This document shows positions 17,299 to 21,437 of a DNA stretch of 21,437 nt, piece after piece (positions within the stretch are counted from its first letter, which is position 1; the number at the start of each line of letters is the position of its first letter). The translations under genes and the position numbers were made by a program. The stretch lies in NCBI GenBank assembly GCA_002794465.1, contig MTSL01000125.1, positions 1 to 21,437 on the forward strand, read 5' to 3'. The notes beneath the pieces are model-generated. The model did not search any database, was not told where the DNA came from, and worked only from the letters and a program-made list of their open reading frames with translations. The stretch comes from Paramicrosporidium saccamoebae KSL3 (Eukaryota > Fungi > Cryptomycota).

Positions 17299-19335
17299 AT
17301 GATTGTAACGTTGATAGTCCCTCTAATGTTGGGGATTTGCGTCATTGGTTCTAATGTGGACGAAGCTCGGAACGAGGTCATAAAGGTGAGCGCAGCGGTT
17401 GCGGAGCATCGGAAAATCTCGTTGAAAAAGACGGGAATGTTCGACTATCTGAGCACGAAATTAATGGGACCCTTCCGCGCCTTTTTTACGCGCCGTGACC
17501 CGCTTCGCGACAAAATCCTTGACGAATCTGGAAAGGTCCGATTTGACAAGGTACGACAGGTATATCTTGAGCGAGAGATGGCACGATATCCGGACGATCC
17601 GATAGTAAAGGCAATTGCCCTGGGATCGGACAAAGAGTTGCTGGATGAACTGTCTCGGGGGATATCAAGTGTGGACAAGTTTCGGGTGTATGTTGAGATT
17701 GCCACTATACTGCCAAACGAGCTTGCAGAATACTGGCTAATTGACGAGTTGGATCCAGACAAGACGCATTCTCCAAAGCTGTTGAACAGACTGGAAGACG
17801 ACGACTATATTGAAATCTTGAGTGAATTTGTAAAGCGTCACAACAAGGCAGTGTATTTCAAGAGGCTTTTTATAATTCATCCACTTGGCATCAATGCAGC
17901 AAGATTTCTGAACGGAGTGCTGGACGAAATGTCGACATCATCGGGGGAAATATTCATTGACTATCTGCATGCATGTAGGCAAATTGGCCGTTCGACCGCT
18001 GTGCCCACCAAGGGATTTTCTATTTCAACAACACTCGCTGATTATTGCAAGAATCTCGGCAAGAACAAGCAGAGGCCTATAAATGTGGCGCTGGGCTTGC
18101 TTTATTTGTATGTGGAAGAGGACAATGCGGGAACGGCCAAGAGCAACGCTCTCAGCATTCTGGAACGCACTTCAGATGACCAAATTCCCGAACTGTTGAG
18201 AGGCATTAATGCAATCCTCTCTGTTTCATCCAGACTTTCCCGCTATGCTTGGGACTGGAGTGGACACGCAAAGATGCGCGAGCTAACCAAAATTGTGCTG
18301 TATTACGACCCGAATCTGTCGGTTGCTTTGCCAGAGGAGCTCATTTCAATTTTGGAAATGCTCGAGTTGATGAAGCGCAATAGCGAAGAGCACGGCCATG
18401 TGTGTCGAGACCTTGATGTATTGGAGGTATCCTGCGACAGTTGGTTGTATGATCTGACAGTGCCAAATCTGGGATTTGCGCTCCGAACAGAGCTGGTGGA
18501 CATTAGAAAGGCCAAAAAGGGACTCGGATGGCTAGTAGATTCTTATCAAAACGAATATCAAAAGACAATGGTGAGATTGATGGATATTCTACTAAAGCTT
18601 GAACCGCTGGAAGAGCCATGCATCACCAGTGGAACCGTGACAAACATTGCGCTGGGCGACGTACTGACTGGCAGAGTGTTTAAAAACATCACATACGGTG
18701 ATGCCACGGCCATGGTATACACAGTGTTGGCATACATATTTAGTCTGCCGACCAGTACCTTTCATCTGGACGTGCCACTGGGTCATCTCGATCCTATTGA
18801 CCATTTAAATTTAAGAATGAGCGGCCACTGCGGTAATAGCACACCTGCTGCAATATTTCACGCCAAGTCAGTGAATAAACGACGCGTGTGGAATGAGGAG
18901 ATGCAAGTAGTTGTAAACGAGGAACAGACAACAAAGTCCGAAAAGGGGGCGAAAAATGCTTTAAAGACCGAGAAGGATCCAAATATTGAGGGGGAAGCGG
19001 CTGAGAAGGAAGAAAGGAAAAGATTAGTGCACAAATCTGCCGAGGACAAAAAATTAACGCATACAATTGCCAAGGACAAATGGCCAACACGCAAAACTGC
19101 CGAGGACAAAAGATTGAAATATACAGTTGTCAAAGACAAAAGATTGAAATATACAGTTGTCAAAGACAAAAGATTGAAATATACAGCTACCAAAGACAAA
19201 AGGCCAGCACACACAACTACCAAAGACAAAAGGCCAGCACACACAACTACCAACGACAAAAAGTCAACGCGCATAGCTACCAAGAAAACACAAGGCAGAT
19301 CTGTGTGCTCGGATCAATCTAAAAGACACAAATAA
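17299..19335 (+). CDS. Hypothetical secreted protein, paralog B (678 aa) with Lys-rich repeat tail
   Basis: First in-frame ATG at 17299 (the track start 17278 is TTG); signal-like MIVTLIVPLMLGICVIGS; shares LI.ELDP..THS, FKRLF..HP, LGF.LRT..VD, FK.I.YGDA..VYT.LA and STF..D.P.GHL.PI.HLN.RM with paralog A. Confidence 0.85.
   Translation: MIVTLIVPLMLGICVIGSNVDEARNEVIKVSAAVAEHRKISLKKTGMFDYLSTKLMGPFRAFFTRRDPLRDKILDESGKVRFDKVRQVYLEREMARYPDDPIVKAIALGSDKELLDELSRGISSVDKFRVYVEIATILPNELAEYWLIDELDPDKTHSPKLLNRLEDDDYIEILSEFVKRHNKAVYFKRLFIIHPLGINAARFLNGVLDEMSTSSGEIFIDYLHACRQIGRSTAVPTKGFSISTTLADYCKNLGKNKQRPINVALGLLYLYVEEDNAGTAKSNALSILERTSDDQIPELLRGINAILSVSSRLSRYAWDWSGHAKMRELTKIVLYYDPNLSVALPEELISILEMLELMKRNSEEHGHVCRDLDVLEVSCDSWLYDLTVPNLGFALRTELVDIRKAKKGLGWLVDSYQNEYQKTMVRLMDILLKLEPLEEPCITSGTVTNIALGDVLTGRVFKNITYGDATAMVYTVLAYIFSLPTSTFHLDVPLGHLDPIDHLNLRMSGHCGNSTPAAIFHAKSVNKRRVWNEEMQVVVNEEQTTKSEKGAKNALKTEKDPNIEGEAAEKEERKRLVHKSAEDKKLTHTIAKDKWPTRKTAEDKRLKYTVVKDKRLKYTVVKDKRLKYTATKDKRPAHTTTKDKRPAHTTTNDKKSTRIATKKTQGRSVCSDQSKRHK
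19021..19290 (+). repeat. In-frame 30-bp (10-aa) repeat x9 in the paralog B tail
   Basis: Eight consecutive 30-nt units end in GACAAA. Units 4 and 5 are identical (AGATTGAAATATACAGTTGTCAAAGACAAA); units 7 and 8 differ at one base. Confidence 0.95.
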
Positions 19336-19348
19336 ACGTCATTTATAA

Positions 19349-20566
19349 TCAAATTTCTATTTTTGGTTTCTTACTACCATGTTCTGTCCCTTTACCTAAC
19401 GCGTGTTCAATAGCTGTGAATATAGCAAACAATGTCTGCTCTGTCCAAGCTTGCTCTTGGATCGTTTTACGCAAACTAACTAGCTCCCGTCCCTTGATCA
19501 GCAGCTGCTCTAGGATGGTTGTCATCCTAGCCAATTTTGCTTGTTTCTCTGCATCTCGGCCAGCAGGATGTGCAACCCAAAAATGGCGTAGGACTTCGGC
19601 AGAATTATTGTGAAATAGCTCCACATCAACGGGGATTGTCTCGGGAGATGGGGAGACGTCATTCTCAGAGAGATGGGCGTTGTAGGGAGTGAACAGATCT
19701 CGTCGCTGTTCAAATGTACATAGGCTTTTCTTTACAAATGACAGTGTGTCCAGTTCAACTTTACAGAGCGATTCCCTAAATTGGGGCTCAACCAGCGGTC
19801 TTTCTGCATTCAGTGGTGCAGAAAAACCAACACGACCTGTGCCAAGTTCCAAGCTTTGGGACTTTACCTCTGGTTCAGCCGTAAGATCTTCATACTCGAG
19901 CGTGTCTTCTATCCTAAGAGGAGGAGCGCTGCCAGACGCACTCTGCACAATGCGAAGCGAATGGTTATTAAACTTTCGGATCAGCGAGAGAGATTCGTCG
20001 CCTTGCTGAGATCTGAGATGTTCTGCTGTTCTATCTGAAATACGGTCCTCCACCGTAGATGTTATGTCCACGAGCCGGGAAAGACGTGTCCCGCCCATAA
20101 CTTGCTCCACATTCTCCGAGGTAGTCTCCTCGTAATAGTCATTGAGCGGGTTGTGTTCTTCCTCATTTGGCGACGTGGCACTCTTTTTAAAAAAGCGACT
20201 CTTGACATAAAATGTCCAAAAATCTCGCTCGTTCATCTTTTTGGGAACATTGTCGTGATATGCTCTCTGTACAGCAGGATTCTGGGCCAGAATTGCCTGG
20301 ATCGTCTCGGGTGTGAGGATAATTTTGTTCTCGCTTTGGTATTCAGCCGAGGTGCAAAGGTCATCTCCGAGAATGGAGGGTAGGGGTTTTTTCTGTCGTA
20401 GTAATGTCTCTTGGTCTTTGAGTAAATTCTGTCGAGTTTCCCAAAATTCCTCTTCAGATAAAAGGCCTCCCCGTACCAGTGTTCTGTGTAACTGAAGTAG
20501 CTCCTTGTTACTTCCCAACAAGGTTCCCCTCAGCCTAATTTCCTCGGCACTCAATTGACGTCCCAT
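19349..20566 (-). CDS. TFB1: TFIIH subunit Tfb1/p62 (GTF2H1), BSD domains, no N-terminal PH domain (405 aa)
   Basis: BSD1 LLGSNKELLQLHRTLVRGGLLSEEEFWETRQNLL; BSD2 LTPETIQAILAQNPAVQRAYHDNVPKKMNERDFWTFYVKSRFF; LIRKFNNHSLRIV; C-terminal VLRHFW. Confidence 0.88.
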   Translation of the reverse strand: MGRQLSAEEIRLRGTLLGSNKELLQLHRTLVRGGLLSEEEFWETRQNLLKDQETLLRQKKPLPSILGDDLCTSAEYQSENKIILTPETIQAILAQNPAVQRAYHDNVPKKMNERDFWTFYVKSRFFKKSATSPNEEEHNPLNDYYEETTSENVEQVMGGTRLSRLVDITSTVEDRISDRTAEHLRSQQGDESLSLIRKFNNHSLRIVQSASGSAPPLRIEDTLEYEDLTAEPEVKSQSLELGTGRVGFSAPLNAERPLVEPQFRESLCKVELDTLSFVKKSLCTFEQRRDLFTPYNAHLSENDVSPSPETIPVDVELFHNNSAEVLRHFWVAHPAGRDAEKQAKLARMTTILEQLLIKGRELVSLRKTIQEQAWTEQTLFAIFTAIEHALGKGTEHGSKKPKIEI

Positions 20567-20625
20567 TCACTGCTTTGCTAATTCGCCAATCTACCAACCC
20601 ACCAATCCCGGGGACCCTGGACAGG

Positions 20626-21288
20626 ATGGAGTCTCCAGTGGACCGTGAAACTGTGCGTCTTTGGCGTGTTCACAAGACTATCCACCAGCTCGTTCACGAC
20701 CGTGGCTATGTCGTCAGTCAGGCAGAGCTGGACATGACCCTCAGCGAGTTTATCCAGACGTTTGGGGCTGGAAATACGGTCGTGGACAGGGCGGCACTAA
20801 ACTTTTTGGTGCAAAAGAGGGACGAGCCCAGCGAGCAGCTATTCGTCTTCTTTCCAGAAGATGTTTCTGTGGGAGTAAAGCCGGTTAGAGGATATCTGGA
20901 AAGAATGAACGAGCAGGGCGTCTTTAGGGCAATTGTCATTGTTCGACAGTCCATGACTCCCTCGGCGGCCAAGGTCATGATTACCATGGCACCCAAATAT
21001 GTCCTTGAGCAGTTTTCCGAGGCCGAGATGGTTGTGAATATTACAGAGCATGTGCTCGTTCCCCAACATATTGTCCTTTCCGATGAAGAGAAGAAGACTT
21101 TGCTTGCCAGATAGTACAGCCTTGATGAGGTGCTAATTTTTAGTCGTTTGAAAGACACACAACTGCCTAGGATTTTAATTAACGACCCTGTCGCCCGCTA
21201 TTATGGGCTCCGTAGAGGACAAGTGGTCAAGATTCTGCGTGCTTCAGAGACGGCGGGTAGGTATGTTACCTATAGACTTGCGGTATAA
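20626..21288 (+). CDS. RPB5: RNA polymerase I/II/III shared subunit Rpb5 (210 aa, 2 exons)
   Basis: [18 protein letters not shown]...[27 protein letters not shown]; intron 21114-21143 (GTACAG..CTAAT..TAG, 30 nt); exon 2 [44 protein letters not shown]. Confidence 0.97.
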
Positions 21289-21291
21289 TTA

Positions 21292-21437
21292 ATCCCATAA
21301 ACATTCCAACTCTTCCACAAGTATAATTTTCCTGCAGTGTAATTTTCATGCGGTGGAATTCGATCCCATAAGCACTTCAACTATCCCACAAGTGTAATCT
21401 TTATGAATCCCATAAACACTCCTACTCTTCCACAAGT
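21292..21437. repeat. Degenerate non-coding direct repeat (3 copies of a ~31-40 bp unit), runs off the window end
   Basis: ATCCCATAAACATTCCAACTCTTCCACAAGT (21292), ATCCCATAAGCACTTCAACTATCCCACAAGT (21363), ATCCCATAAACACTCCTACTCTTCCACAAGT (21407). Confidence 0.8.

Noticed and set aside
10348-19290. Regular repeats as possible CRISPR arrays or transposon ends
   Set aside because: Units are contiguous with no unique spacers, have periods that are multiples of 3 inside eukaryotic ORFs, and there are no cas, transposase or reverse transcriptase motifs.

Overview
Very compact eukaryotic (fungal-like) genomic DNA with about 12 protein genes, one tRNA-Gly(TCC), ten supportable spliceosomal introns of only 28-35 nt, and intergenic gaps as short as 13-59 bp. 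Housekeeping genes recognised from motifs are a Reb1/TTF1-type Myb factor, STK32/YANK kinase, SmD3, Bud20/ZNF593, Laa1/HEATR5, mitochondrial-type MnmA/Slm3, Spc3, Bur1/Cdk9, Tfb1/p62 and Rpb5. Unassigned content is a tandem pair of paralogous signal-peptide proteins (15.5-19.3 kb) and a poorly resolved membrane-protein locus (13.7-15.2 kb). The architecture plus an MnmA gene suggests an early-diverging Rozellomycota/microsporidia relative such as Paramicrosporidium or Mitosporidium; this is inference, not an identification. Strongest leads: the orphan secreted pair (one copy has a basic 10-aa repeat tail), a CDK-site heptad array and RS tail on the CTD kinase Bur1, a Tfb1 lacking its PH domain, in-frame minisatellites inside conserved genes, a recurrent GCCTACGTACA motif in promoter regions, and an unusual mini-intron grammar. 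No CRISPR array, rRNA or mobile element is supported.
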